In this document: piece after piece, positions 1 to 17,728 of the stretch
Layout of the letters: the number at the start of each line of letters is the position of its first letter
Position numbering within the stretch: position 1 is the stretch's first letter
Assembly (NCBI GenBank): GCA_021613535.1
Contig: CP075496.1
Location: 9,176,001-9,240,000 of the forward strand
DNA from: Adineta vaga
Taxonomy: Eukaryota > Animalia > Rotifera
Direction of reading: 5' to 3'
DNA length: 64,000 nt
Translations under genes and position numbers: made by a program
Notes under the pieces: model-generated
What the model saw: only the letters and a program-made list of their open reading frames with translations
Databases searched by the model: none
What the model was told of the DNA's origin: nothing

Positions 1-1981
1 ATTGATCAGTGATCTGATATATATGTGCCTAAAACTCTTTTCTTATTTTATTGTCAGGATTATTTCTTTTTTTGAGAAAGAAAAAGAAACAGAACGAAAG
101 ATATTTGGAGGGAAGACGCTCATAGATTTTGTTGGAATCTTGTTCTGTCACATTTTTTTCTCTTTTCTTTGCTCCTTGAGCAACTCTTTCGATACTTTCT
201 GATGCCAAGTCCGATATTTTTTCTAAGCAAGCATCGCGGTGCTTTACTAAAGAGAGATGAATAAGCCTTTGGAAAACATAAAGAAGAAGAACGCGAGAAA
301 GATAAAGTATGACATTTTTGTATGAACGTCATGAGTTTCTGTTAGACAAGCAACATAGAAGAAAATTTTTCACATGAAGTGATTCTTTTTGATGATACTA
401 TTCTTTATAGACTTGATTTTTTCTTCAATGCCATTGATATTTTAGCAACAATCTTTATAGAATAAAAATACCTAAGGTTGCGTTCGTTTTGTCTTGTTAA
501 TTATCGACATAAAATCTAAAAAAATATACATTCAGTTTTTCTCATTATATGCAGATCTTATCACTTAAAATTGATAATACTCTGGTTTTGAATGACATGA
601 TAATTATTTTTTGTCACATTTCTACAACTAATAGAATTTAATAGTAGGTTCTAATTGAAGAAAAATGAAGACTTCCGTGGAAGATTCATCTGCTTTTTAC
701 ACCATTATGATATATGTTTTAGAGTGTTGTGTTGTATAGGTTATTACAGTTTTGATATTATTCCATCTGTTAAGTTCTCACATTTACTTAGTAGAGATCG
801 ATCAAGCAATCGTTCTTTTTCTTTATGGATACAGTCATAGGCATTACATAAGGTCTAATAAAACCGATGGCAGAAAATGATTAGTTTCTTTTGACAAACT
901 CTCTTCAGTCATTCAGATTGCTGGGATTCAGTATCGATCAGATTATGATGATCGAGTAAGTCAATCGGTGAAAATAAAATGAAAGAACGAATGTACACCC
1001 GACTATTATACTGTAAAAGAAAAGAAAATCATAGTATATATGTATGCAAAGAACAAATTCTTGGTTGAATAGATACTGAAAAAAGACGGATAGTATACTA
1101 TATGCCTTAATTGAATAAAGTAATGTAAGTTTATAAAATCACTCTCTTACGCCATAGTACTACGTTTTGTTCCATAGACAGCATTGAACTATTAGTCGCA
1201 AAACTACGACATCATACGTTTTTTGTATCAGAATACCAGTTGATATTCATGTAATTCGACGAATGTTTTAAAGCATTTCAACACAAAGATACAATATAAG
1301 TGGATAGAGATACTGACTCTCTGAGATAATCATAAAATACAATATTTTAAAAGACTAGATCATTTTTTGACGATCGATAGATATGGTGATGATATATGAA
1401 AAATCTCAAAAGAAATTATTTTTTCCTGTGTTTTTTGTGGAGATAAAGAAGTTTTACATTTTGTTTGAAACAAGAATAATTCTTGATAGACGTATGAGGA
1501 TTATATTCACTATTTCAACTACTCTTTTTTTCTTTTACTTCATCGCATATCATCATGCACTTGTAATAAATACTTTATATAGTCACATTGTTTTAGGTTC
1601 TTTCAGTTACATTTCTTTTTCGCTCTTTCTTGTGTATAATCTATAGGATAGAGTTAATTTTTCTCTCATTCATGTACGATATCATACTTTCCTCAATTTT
1701 ATTTCCAAACGATTAATATGAGTAGTGTGTAAAATTCAGAAATGTTTTATTCTTATATTGTAATATTCTTCAGAAAATAATCAATCTTCTTTTCATATAC
1801 GTCTATCATCAAGATTCGATATCTTATAGAAACAAAGACGTGCGAAGAGATGAACGTTTTTTCGGAAGTTTTTCATATCTCATTAAGATCTATTATCAGT
1901 TAAAGATGAATTGTGAATAAATTAAATACTTAGATGTCTTAATTCTTTCTTATAGGTTTACTTTTAAATTGTTTAGAATAA

Positions 1982-2941
1982 ATGAGAATCAAAATTTGTT
2001 ACGCATATACGCTAGTATTATTCTTACAATTTTTATTAATTATTCGTTTTAAAAGAAAGTATGATGCTCTTCATTTACTTGCTAATATTACAACTATTGA
2101 TACATTTTGGCATCAAAACTATGATGTATCACCAATTGTTCTTCCACGACGTGATACGCGCATGAAGTTCAATCGTAGTTTCACCATTGTAACAGCATGT
2201 GCTCGAGATGTTGCTGAATTTTTACCTCAATTTCGACGAAATATCGAAAATATTTTATCAATTTTCAAAGATTATCGTCTACTTATTGGTGAATCAGATT
2301 CTATAGATGAAACGGAAATATTTCTAAAAAAATGGTCCTTGGGAAATTCTAAATTATTACATTATACGTACGGTAATTTAACGACAACATTTTCCACACG
2401 ACGGACAGATCGAATAGCTTATTGTCGAAATCATTTGTTAACTATTGCTCGTGAAAAACAATGGATTTCTCGTGCACAATTTCTACTTGTCGTTGATATA
2501 GATGTGAACGGCAATTCTGTTCTTTCTCTTGAAAATTTTCTTACAAATTTTGATTATAAGTTAAATGGATGGGGTGCCATGACGGCTTCTCAAACAGATC
2601 GATACTATGATGTGTGGGCACTACGATCATCTGTAGTCGATTATGACTGTTGGAAAGAAGTACAACGATATTCACATGATTCAGATATTGCTTTTAAAAT
2701 TTTTGTTGATATTCATCGAAAACCAATTCCAAAAAATTATCCGCTCATACCAGTTCAATCCGCTTTCGGTGGTTTTGCCGTCTATCAAACACGTTATTTA
2801 GAAGATTGTAGATATGATTCGTCCGATGATGAACTTAATTACGGAAAATGTGAACATGTGATGTTTAATGAATGTGTTACTCGAAATGGTGGAAAGATAT
2901 TTATCAATCCAGCATTTCAGAATTCTGATGGATTATTATAG
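1982..2941 (+). CDS. Type II membrane GT-A glycosyltransferase (CAP59/Anp1-like mannosyltransferase type), intronless
   Basis: N-terminal TM segment; IGESDSID, RIAYCRN, LVVDIDV (DxD), YYDVWALR, VQSAFGGFAVY, CEHV motifs typical of this GT-A group. Confidence 0.75.
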   Translation: MRIKICYAYTLVLFLQFLLIIRFKRKYDALHLLANITTIDTFWHQNYDVSPIVLPRRDTRMKFNRSFTIVTACARDVAEFLPQFRRNIENILSIFKDYRLLIGESDSIDETEIFLKKWSLGNSKLLHYTYGNLTTTFSTRRTDRIAYCRNHLLTIAREKQWISRAQFLLVVDIDVNGNSVLSLENFLTNFDYKLNGWGAMTASQTDRYYDVWALRSSVVDYDCWKEVQRYSHDSDIAFKIFVDIHRKPIPKNYPLIPVQSAFGGFAVYQTRYLEDCRYDSSDDELNYGKCEHVMFNECVTRNGGKIFINPAFQNSDGLL

Positions 2942-3276
2942 TGTTTAATTAAGAGTAATATATACAAAATGTGTTTTCAAGTAAATAGCAAATAACCTTG
3001 AAAAGAAAAAGTTTGGTGTATTTACATCTCATTTGTGTCGTCTGTAAAAAAATTGAACTTTGCATTTTGGAAATGATGTTTGCATATCGTTTTACTAAAA
3101 ATAGTTTATATGATACTGGATGAAATGAATACTTATTTTATAGAATTATTTTTCGATATCGGTAATATACTACAGACAAAAAGTCTGTATACAATCACGA
3201 TCAGCGAAGAAGTGAAGGAAAAAATGATTTGAATTTTGTGTCCATATCTCTTTAGGAGGATCTCATACATTTACCG

Positions 3277-4487
3277 TTATTGTTTGATAAAATCACGATA
3301 ATTACGTAAAACTTTGTAGGTAATACGATTTGAATTATGAAATGAATTATGAAATGAATTAGCTCCACGATAAGCAGTACGGATTAAATAAATAATATTA
3401 GAACCACAATCACATTGCCAATCAATACAACTAGCATTTTGTGTTGATGTCGACAATGCATCGAATTGCCAATCAACATATTGAAATCCAGTATAGCGAA
3501 GACTATCGTTCGCAGTTAGACCAGTATCATCATACAGAAGGCGATCAATAGCAATATGCCAATCACTGAAATTCATCAAATCTTTCGTGTAAGCTAAACT
3601 TAATATATTACGTTGATTAGGATCAGTATATGAAGTAACTGGATTACATAATGTTAAATATGTACGAGTAATAGGATCATATCGAATAGTGAATTTACTC
3701 ATACCACCAGGAAATGAAATTATTGAACGAAATAATAACGTGTTTGATGTAAGATTTAATTCTAAGATGATAGCAAGATTAGCTAAAGGAATAGAATTGA
3801 ATCGTAATACATCCAACACACGACCGATTGCTGTGATGATAATAAAGTGGCTGTGGATAATATTACAACGCTACCTTCTAAAAATCCAGGTGCAGTTAAA
3901 TTCGGATAGAATGATGGCAACCATGAATGATTGAATGGTAAGGGTGGAGTTAATTGCCAATGTTTTAGAGACATTAAAGGATCATCATTTGTCGTTCTGT
4001 TGTCTAATGGTAATGCTGAAAGATTACAACTGATAATGGCTGCTTGAAATTCGCCAGGCCAAATACCTGGCACTGTGCGATGTTCTATAGAACGATGTAT
4101 AATGATACTACTCTGATGTTCACCATCAATGCCAATCGCATAAACAATATTATTGTATACCGTTAATGTGGTGAAATAACTATGAAGAATATACGACAGA
4201 AATTTCCACGAATTTCCGTCGTCATCACTACTGTATACGGATACATTTTTAATTTGCGGTCGATATTCTTTTCCGAAAAAGTCATGACTTGCCAATAAAC
4301 GACCAGATGATAAACGAATTAACGAGGGTGAACCAAGGAAAATCTTAGACATCTCATCTTGATAAGCTACTTCGTTTAGTTCCAAAGTAGAATCTTCTAT
4401 CTGTCTACGTAAAGTTATCGACGAACTACTTACTAAAAAAATAAGTGTAGTTATTGCACGTAATGATGATAGTGTCGATGCATACAT
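3277..4487 (-). pseudogene. Secreted BNR/Asp-box (sialidase-like beta-propeller) protein, disrupted
   Basis: Signal peptide, LGSPSL, LLASHDF, Asp-box SSDDDGNSW, FPGGMSKF, NQRNIL, FQYVDW, HNSNRIT. Frame switch near 3820-3840 (LEGSVV frame to GRVLDVLRFNS frame) with no convincing intron; 12-bp tandem duplication (SFHNSFHNS); probable internal deletion after IIIHRS. Confidence 0.65.
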
Positions 4488-5118
4488 ATTACAGATACTT
4501 ATCGATCGAATAATGGGTGCAGTAATAGACTATCAATGCTCTCTGATGGGAACAATACTGTTGAATGAAACTATAAGATCATATGCACATGTTTCATACA
4601 GAATTTTAAAAAAAGATAAGAAAGACAACAACACTAGGTATGGTGAGAGCCATAGACAAGGTTTAAAAAGTGAAACAATGAAATGAATGGAACTGCAAAA
4701 TGATTTGTCATGGTTCATAGCTGTTATTTATTATATCTATCGATAAAGTAGAGTGAAAAAGTAAGAAATTGAATCGATCGACTGGTCACTATTGAAAGTT
4801 TTCATAATTATTCAAATCCATCCATTCTATTTTCATAGAAATTAAAATAATAAATGTAAAGACAGATGTTCCGTATTCTTTCATTACAATATATCGTGAT
4901 CATCGGATACAATCAATTCATCAATCCTCCTAAAATTTTTATTACAGGTTTATCAACAGACAAACAGAGAGAGAGAAAGATTACTATTTTCAATTTAACT
5001 TCATATTATTTCATCAAGATAAGGAATGAAATGAAGTAAGGAGAGATAATAAGTAATACTCTCGACGTTTTTACCATAAAGAAAAAACATGCATTTACCC
5101 GAATGTTATATCTTTTAG

Positions 5119-6312
5119 ATGGAAACACAAACTACAATCATGAAAAAGACGCAACGAGCACTTTTAAATATTGAAGATTATCATCAACGAGCAAAAGACA
5201 AATTATCTCCTATGATTTATGATTTTTACAGTACAGGTGCAGATGATCAATTAACATTAATCGATAATGTACATGCTTTTCGTCGAATAAAACTACGTCC
5301 AAAAGTACTCATTGATGTTTCATCACATTCAATGAAAGATTCTATAAATTGTCAAACACGACTTTTGAATTCCATGGTGACAAGTTCATTTCCATGTATC
5401 ATTGCTCCAACAGCTTTACATCGATTAGCAAATGATGAACATGGAGAATTAGCAACGGTTCGAGCAGCTGTTGCTTGTTCGACAATTATGTGTGTTAGTA
5501 CAACTGCTTCTGTAAGCATGGAACGTATTTCTGATGAACATCGTCAACAAATCAAACTGAATTATCCTCAAAGTACTTCTCAACTATGGTTTCAACTGTA
5601 TGTATTAAAAAATCGCACAAGTACACAAAGATTAATTCAACGTGCTGAACAATGCAATTATAAAGCTTTAATAATTACAGTTGATCATTGTGAACAAGGT
5701 AATAGAGAATGTTATATTCATAATAATTTTACTTTACCAAATGGAATTCAAGCTGAAAATCTGATGGATGATGATTCTGATAATAATGAATTTGGTAAAA
5801 CATATCGAAGTGATATACCGATTGATCCAGCACTATCATGGAACGATATTGATTGGATACGATCGATTACAACATTACCTCTTATTATTAAAGGTATTAT
5901 TCATCCAGATGATGCTCGGGAAGCAATTCGACATGGCGTACAGGGTATTGTTGTTTCGAATCATGGTGGTCGACAATTAGATACGTGTCAAGGAACAATT
6001 GATGCTTTAAGAGATATTATGATTGCTCTTGAAAGTGAGAAATATCAAATGGATATTTATATTGATGGTGGCATTCGACGAGGTACCGATATCTTAAAAG
6101 CATTAGCACTAGGTGCAAAAGCAGTACTAGTTGGACGACCAATATTATGGGGTTTAGCCGTGAATGGGACGCAAGGTGTACAAAATGTATTAGATATATT
6201 AAAGAAAGAATTTCGATTAGCCATGATGTTATGTGGCTGTCGAACAATTGAAGATATTAGAAAAAACAATCTATTAGTATTAGATAATAGTTATAATCGA
6301 TCAAAGTTGTAA
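5119..6312 (+). CDS. HAO: Peroxisomal FMN-dependent (S)-2-hydroxy-acid oxidase (glycolate oxidase family)
   Basis: LWFQLYV, SNHGGRQLD, DGGIRRGTDILKALALGA, VGRP motifs; C-terminal PTS1 SKL; single exon. Confidence 0.93.
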   Translation: METQTTIMKKTQRALLNIEDYHQRAKDKLSPMIYDFYSTGADDQLTLIDNVHAFRRIKLRPKVLIDVSSHSMKDSINCQTRLLNSMVTSSFPCIIAPTALHRLANDEHGELATVRAAVACSTIMCVSTTASVSMERISDEHRQQIKLNYPQSTSQLWFQLYVLKNRTSTQRLIQRAEQCNYKALIITVDHCEQGNRECYIHNNFTLPNGIQAENLMDDDSDNNEFGKTYRSDIPIDPALSWNDIDWIRSITTLPLIIKGIIHPDDAREAIRHGVQGIVVSNHGGRQLDTCQGTIDALRDIMIALESEKYQMDIYIDGGIRRGTDILKALALGAKAVLVGRPILWGLAVNGTQGVQNVLDILKKEFRLAMMLCGCRTIEDIRKNNLLVLDNSYNRSKL

Positions 6313-6485
6313 AATATCATATAGTCATATGATATTATTTGTCTTTCTGTTAATCTTATGAAATGTTCTTTCATTTACATATAACACGGGAACAAACATA
6401 TAATGAAAAAGAGATAAGAATAAAAAACAATATTTATCGCATTCGAAAGTGTTTATTTGAATAAGTAACTTATTTTTGACGAAGT

Positions 6486-8153
6486 ATGCATCGTAACGAT
6501 CGATATTTAGCGACGGATCACAAAAATAATGAGCGATCTAAACGATCTAGACGGTGCTGTATACCATCCATTTGCATCACACTATGCTATTTATTTTCTT
6601 CTATAATTATTTTATATCTATTATTAATATATCTTACTTTTCATCTACACAAATCATCCACAATCGAAACTACTATCACCCTGAAGATGACCACAATACC
6701 GGAGACGACTACCATACCAATAAGTACTACCATACCGATATCTACTACAGTACCGGAGACGACTACCATACCGTTATCCACTACAGTACCGATAAGCACC
6801 ACGATACCAGTGACGACTACCATACCAATAAGTACTACCATACCGATATCTACTACAGTACCGGAGACGACTACCATACCGTTATCCACTACAGTACCGA
6901 TAAGCACCACGATACCAGAGACGACTACCATACCAATAAGTACTTCAATACCAGGGACGATTATAATACCGCTGAATACAGATTTGATCAAACATCAGCA
7001 AGTTCGTAAGTTTTAAAAGATATTTCATTAAAATTAAAAGTTTATTCAAGCCACTAATAGTTGATGAAATGATTATCAGGATGTGTTACTTATTCACCTT
7101 TATCACTAATAATAAATGAGAAAACAATTCTTTTTAGGATGGATGAATGTGATTAATATGAAGTATCCACGACATGGACATTCAGCATCGCTTTTAAAAA
7201 ATGGAAATGTATTGGTCACTGGTGGACTTGACAATGGCTATTCTGTGAGTAGCAGTGAATTATATGATCTATCCACGAACTCTTGGAAAGTTACAAGCAA
7301 CATGCATTTTGAACGATGTAGTCATACAATGTCTCTATTAACAGATGGGAATATATTAGTAACAGGCGGTTTTAGTTTGTATGATGCTTATTTGGATAGT
7401 GTTGAACTATTCAATCCATCAACAGAAACCTGGACAGTGCTTGGTAGTATGAGTTTTCCTCGATATCGTCATACAGCATCTATATTAAATGATGGAAGAG
7501 TATTGATCGTTGGTGGATGGAGTGGTTTTCAAGAATTAGATACTGTAGAATTATATGATCCAAGTAACCAAAGCTGGACACTCACTAGCAGCTTGAGATA
7601 TCGACGACAAGCGCATACAGCAACTGTTTTACACGATGGACAAGTTTTAATTGTTGGTGGTTATACTCAATCTATGGAGATAGAGTATGCCGAATTGTAT
7701 GATCCGTTAACAGAAACTTGGACAATAACGAATGACATGAATGTTTCACGAAGTGGTCATACTGCATCTATATTAATCAATGGTAATGTATTAGTTGTTG
7801 GTGGATTTGATGGTATGAATGAACTAAATAGTGTTGAACTATACGATACATCAAGTAAAACTTGGACCATTACAGGTTATATGAATAGTAAACGGTCTGA
7901 ACATACTGCCTCGTTATTAACAAATGGCAAAGTGCTAGTTACTGGTGGATGGGATGGTACAACTGAATTACGAACTGTTGAAATGTATGATCCATTAACA
8001 GAAACTTGGGAAAATATGGATAGTATGACTGATACGCGGAAACAACATGCAGCATCCGTATTAACAAATGGAGCAATTTTAATTACAGGAGGAGCGAGTC
8101 AGAATATAGTTCTTGATAGTGTTGAACTATATGATGAAATAATAATTTCATAA
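6486..8153 (+). CDS. Type II membrane protein with Thr-rich mucin-like stalk and 7 Kelch (galactose-oxidase-type) repeats; exons 6486-7005 and 7138-8153
   Basis: TM helix at about aa 27-50; GTAAGT donor at 7006 and TTTTAG acceptor at 7137 join in frame (C+GA=Arg, then WMN); seven H-x-A-S-L-L-x-x-G-x-V-L-V-x-GG repeats. Confidence 0.85.
6692..6950 (+). repeat. Coding higher-order tandem repeat: 18-bp subunits (xxTTIP) grouped into a 108-bp unit, about 2.4 copies
   Basis: ETTTIPISTTIPISTTVPETTTIPLSTTVPISTTIP repeated almost exactly at DNA level. Confidence 0.9.
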
Positions 8154-8306
8154 TGTCATAATATGTGAGTATTTTTTATCAATAAAGATCATTTTATTCT
8201 ATCGCTAAGAGATGTTTATATAAGTTGTTTATTTTGCGAACGCGTTCGTTTTTGTTTCTACTTTATATTGACAAACTGTTTATTTTACCACAAATAAAAG
8301 TATATA

Positions 8307-8396
8307 TAGGGATGCAACAATTCCAATTCTAAAATTGATCGGAATTGGTTAGAATTGGAATTGAGATTGAATGGAATTGGAAATGGTGCATCCCTA
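8307..8396. mobile_element. 90-bp MITE with hAT-like 23-bp TIRs
   Basis: Left TAGGGATGCAACAATTCCAATTC versus reverse complement of right end TAGGGATGCACCATTTCCAATTC (21/23); internal GGAATT motifs; no 8-bp TSD visible. Confidence 0.7.
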
Positions 8397-8397
8397 A

Positions 8398-8610
8398 TTC
8401 GGATATTGTTGTTACAAACTTCGATTCCAACAGTATAACTGTTCTTCTTAACAGTGGTCAATCTATATTTCGTCTTCAAAATACTAATACTACTTAGTGG
8501 CAATTCACATCCAACTACAACCGCTGTTGTTAATAATGATAGTAAACCTGATATTATATCGTCTCATATTACAATTCAAATAACGTTGGTATATTCTTAC
8601 AATGTTATAA
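8398..8610 (+). pseudogene. Relic FG-GAP/VCBS-repeat gene fragment
   Basis: Translates to DIVVTNFDSNSITVLLNSGQSIF ... NNDSKPDII ... NSNNVGIFL with stops and frameshifts; begins directly after the MITE. Confidence 0.55.
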
Positions 8611-8993
8611 TTTATTTTTAAAACATAACTTACAATAAAAACTATTCATATTCTAAAAAAAAATATTTCTTGATAAACACATATTATTCGATGAAATCTT
8701 TTGCCATGTAATATCAGTTACTCGCTCTATAAACAGTTTATGTATAAAAGCTCATATGTATTCTTCTATCGAACACCTTCATGAAAGAGAGTCATCTACC
8801 GACGTTAGCTACTGAGTGGTTAGCAGTATGAGTCAAAAAAAAACATTTTTTCATATTCTTACGAAATATTTTTTCATATGCGTCATGGGATTTTTTTGCC
8901 AAACCTCCAACGCAGAGGCAAAACTACTGTGGTATAAAAACATGTATTTTATCGTCATTCTTTTTTTTCTTAAATATTGAAAGAAGAAGTGAG

Positions 8994-13938
<4,945 letters not shown>

Positions 13939-13940
<2 letters not shown>

Positions 13941-14685
13941 ACACTTCTCTACTACAACAACTGCAACATCTATATTAAATACAAATTGTACGTATGTACC
14001 TACTTCACCAAGTTATACATCTTATCAACCACAATATTCTTCGACAACACCATCTTATTATAAGTATGTTTCTTTGTTTTATAAATGTGTATATTTGACT
14101 TGTAATTGATTGTGAAATAGTCCTACTAGTCCATCGTATAATTCAATGATGAGTCCTAATTATTCAACTGGTTCAATATCACCATATTATGCATCGATCA
14201 GTCCATCATACAGTTTGTTTTAAATTTTTCTTGATATTTAGATTATTTTGAAATATATGTTGATGTTTTCTTTTTCAAGGAGCAATTTCCCCTTCCTATA
14301 CATCATCATCGTATTCAAATCCAAGTTATTCGCCGACATCACCAGGAATTCCACGTATGAAAAGAATATTCTTTCTTCATTGATTTAGTATAATTTTGTG
14401 ATACATCTAGGCTATTCTCCAAAATCACCAATATATTCTCCAACTTTTCAAGGATTATCTCCATATAGGTTTGTTTATATATTTATTCTTTAAAGACAAT
14501 AATTAAGTTCTCGTTTCAATTTTCTAGTCCTACATTTTCTATTTATCAACCAAATATCGCTTCACCTCTAGATAGGTTTGTTTCTCATTGTCTTTTGTTT
14601 TGTACATTTCTACTAAATCTATTTTAGTCGATCATCAACGAATACTCCTGATGCACAGCTAGACGATACTGATGATTTACAATGA
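13939..14685 (+). other. RPB1: Degenerate RPB1 CTD in six small exons (13939-14063, 14121-14212, 14280-14354, 14411-14468, 14528-14575, 14628-14685), +1 out of frame with the body
   Basis: Spliced translation gives YVPTSPS, YNPTSPS, YASISPS, YRAISPS, YSPTSPG, YSPKSPI, YSPTFQG, YSPTFSI and acidic tail DAQLDDTDDLQ-stop; five GT-AG introns all keep this frame. Confidence 0.8.
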
Positions 14686-15513
14686 ACCAATGGTTTCTTT
14701 TTTTTATTGTACATTTTTTTATACTTTCAGTAGAGTGAATTCATTATTATCAATCATTCTAAAATAAAAATAGAAAATATACGGTTAACATGAACGTTTC
14801 ATAACTCTATCAGATGGAGATATCACCACTCACTTATATTTCTCAATAAGTACACTCTGTATAGCTATATATTCATTCGTAAATCAGTTTTTCTAGATTT
14901 TTACAAGCTTCGAAGGAGTTAAATAGTTTTTTCTTTGAAAGAGAATAAATAATTGCACCAGATCATATAAAACCAAAATTTTAATATGGGGACATTCACT
15001 TATTTGAAAAATGGATCCCAGTTACTTTTCAGGCACAATGATGATGGTTGAGGATAAATCATCTATACAGTCATTATTGAATTATAGTTTATTCTACTTA
15101 TTGATATTTTATGATTCGCATCTTGACTACCATTGCTATGATACTTGTAATTCTTCGCCATTATTGAAATTTTATAACGTGATGAAAGTGATTTATGTTC
15201 AAAACGAAATCGATGTTGTATAATCATTTGAATCGAGTTTTTCACATATTTATTGTTTTCAGGATGAGATGATAGAAAAAGGACATCTCGCGTGCTTTTA
15301 GTAAATAATTGAAATTGTTCTTACAGTGTAGTAACATTGACAAACAAACGTTGCGATTATAGAATTTGTAAACATGTGGTTGCCATCACCATGCTTTCTT
15401 TCTGTTTTCGATTAAAAAATATGCTTCGTTCTGATCATAGTATAGTGAAAAACCATTCGTATGTTTGTCATTTATTCTTTTCTGGATCATACAGATTGTA
15501 AAGTAAATTAGTT

Positions 15514-16398
15514 ATGCTAATTAAACGATGTATTATCTATTTTTTTGGAATAATATGTACTTTAATGATTACTATAGTTTTATTAAATATTTCTGTTTCA
15601 ATCATTAATCAACTGGTTGAAAACAAAAATCATAATTGGTTTGATTTTACTCGACTCCGTCCTATTTTCAATCATAGTGTGAACACTGCAACACCAAGGT
15701 TATGTGTTATTACACGTATATATGGTCCACAAGTTCAATATTTACCTATTTTCGCACTCTCATTATATCAGTCGGGTCTTGAAAATGATCGTATATTTGT
15801 AATAAATACGGATAATCGTACTGATATTCAACTTCTCAATCAAACAATCCGTTTTATCAATGAATTAGTTGCTCGCTCAAATTATGTTACTTTTTTGAAT
15901 TTCAATGTTCATTCAGTTGCCAATGATTATGGTTATCAATTGACAGACCGTGTACTCAAATATATTTATGATAATTCTATACCTTATGCATCTGCTTGTC
16001 AATATATTATGTTTACTAACGGTGATAATTATTATAGTCGATATTTTGGCAGTAAAATTATTCCACATATGAAAGCTGGTTATGATATCATTGCTTGGGG
16101 ATTTGTCTCACATCATTCCTGGCCGGAATTTCAAGAGATAACCGTCAATAAACATCGAAACATACCACAGATCTTTGATGATGGTAGTAATAAGTGTATC
16201 AATGTCAGAATCAACACTTCTCGAGCTGACTTAGGTACTGTTACTTATCGATTAACGTTTTTGAAACGGCATAAGCTGTATTTTCGTACTTCTGATGGAA
16301 CTTATAATTTCAAATCAGATGGACTATTTATTCAAAGAGCAGCAAAATTGACTAATCTATCTGTTCTACTTAGGCAAACTCTGTTTATGCATCAATAG
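15514..16398 (+). CDS. Type II membrane GT-A (GT2-like) glycosyltransferase, intronless
   Basis: N-terminal TM; LCVITRIY, VINTD, DYGY, YIMFTNGDNYY, SDGLF, TLFMHQ. Confidence 0.65.
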   Translation: MLIKRCIIYFFGIICTLMITIVLLNISVSIINQLVENKNHNWFDFTRLRPIFNHSVNTATPRLCVITRIYGPQVQYLPIFALSLYQSGLENDRIFVINTDNRTDIQLLNQTIRFINELVARSNYVTFLNFNVHSVANDYGYQLTDRVLKYIYDNSIPYASACQYIMFTNGDNYYSRYFGSKIIPHMKAGYDIIAWGFVSHHSWPEFQEITVNKHRNIPQIFDDGSNKCINVRINTSRADLGTVTYRLTFLKRHKLYFRTSDGTYNFKSDGLFIQRAAKLTNLSVLLRQTLFMHQ

Positions 16399-17584
16399 CA
16401 AATGTATTTTGATTAAATAATCGACATTTGCAACTGCATTTGAGATACTCAAAAGCGATCCAACAATTATTTCATATTTCGAATTATGATTGAAAGAGAA
16501 ATTAAGACTAATCTCAAAATCAATATAAATTGTAATAATCAATTCGTGAAAATCGAATATTATAAACATAATTTTAGCATTGACAATAATTCCAAGTGTT
16601 ATATAACAAAGCAAAGTTTACTTTGATTTCCTGCACGATCAATTGATAGTATGAATTATATACATAGATGAAATCTAAATATCTAATCGCAAAAATAACT
16701 ACTTTACAGATTAACTAACACTTCAATTCATTCATTAAAATTTTGATAAAACTCTAGATATTTTCAAAGACCCTGATGATTATTCCATTTTTATATATGC
16801 GTTTTCGAAGATTAAAAAAAATGTTTTTTCCTATCCCTCTTGCCGTTAAAACAGTCCACACTTTCAATGTCTTTTGTGTATTCTTTCCAATATTGACGGT
16901 GATATTCAGTTCCGAATATTTTTTACTGGTAATTATGTTTTTGGTCGATAAATTTTCGTCGACAGACACTTGGTCAATATAGCATTTCGTCAACTAAATG
17001 TTCTAACAGAAAGGTTAAAAAAGCGAAACGATCAAAAACGGCAAGATGGGTTTTAAAGAAAATTTTATTTAAATAACATATCACACGATATATTTAATCC
17101 AGGCAATAACTAAATACATCGAAATGAATAACAAGAACAAAATATCTCAAGATTTATAAATAGATATGAAGATCATCTATACGATTACTACTTTTTGTTA
17201 GCAATCAAAAGTGAAAGTCCTTCAAGGTACTCATATAGAGCGTGATTTCTTTTTTATTGCATTAATGAGTTAAATTATTTAACCATTGGTGTATTTCACA
17301 ACCTTTATTACCGTTTTTCTTTATTTTCCCCATCTTAACATGTTGAACAGTTTGCTTTACATAAATATCCTTGTTTTGGAAAACTTTTATGAAATGCTAG
17401 ATGTTAGGATGTTTCTTTTCGATTCGATGGGCAAAACGGTTAGGCCACCCTACATGCATTTTAATTATCTACAACATCGCAAATCAAGGAAAATCTCACC
17501 CTAACCTACACCGTTGCCCTCAAGATAAGCAATATTAATTAAAAGACCAATTTATATTTTCCTCTCGCCAACGACTGAAATAAA

Positions 17585-17728
17585 GGTCGTCGAAATGTTC
17601 CTGTCGATAAAGTACATTGTCGACGATCAGTCTGTTGACGAAGTAAATGTCTACGAAAATTACTTGAAAAAGTTATTAGAAGAAATGTTTGTAGAAGAAG
17701 TGACTTTCGACGAAAGTGACTGTGCACC
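17585..17728. repeat. Array of degenerate ~15-bp GTCGACGAAA-like units, probably the subterminal repeat of a decayed non-autonomous element; inverted copies at about 16941-17010
   Basis: gtcgtcgaaat, gtcgataaagt, gtcgacgatca, gttgacgaagt, gtctacgaaaa, ttcgacgaaag at roughly 15-bp spacing. Confidence 0.45.

Noticed and set aside
120-960. Possible exon fragments on either strand
   Set aside because: Splice-like signals are present but no recognisable protein or coherent gene model
6554-7009. His/Tyr/Asp-rich alternative-frame ORF and antisense Val/Gly-rich ORF 6641-6991
   Set aside because: By-products of a stop-free tandem repeat; only the Thr-rich frame has a TM segment and splices to the Kelch exon
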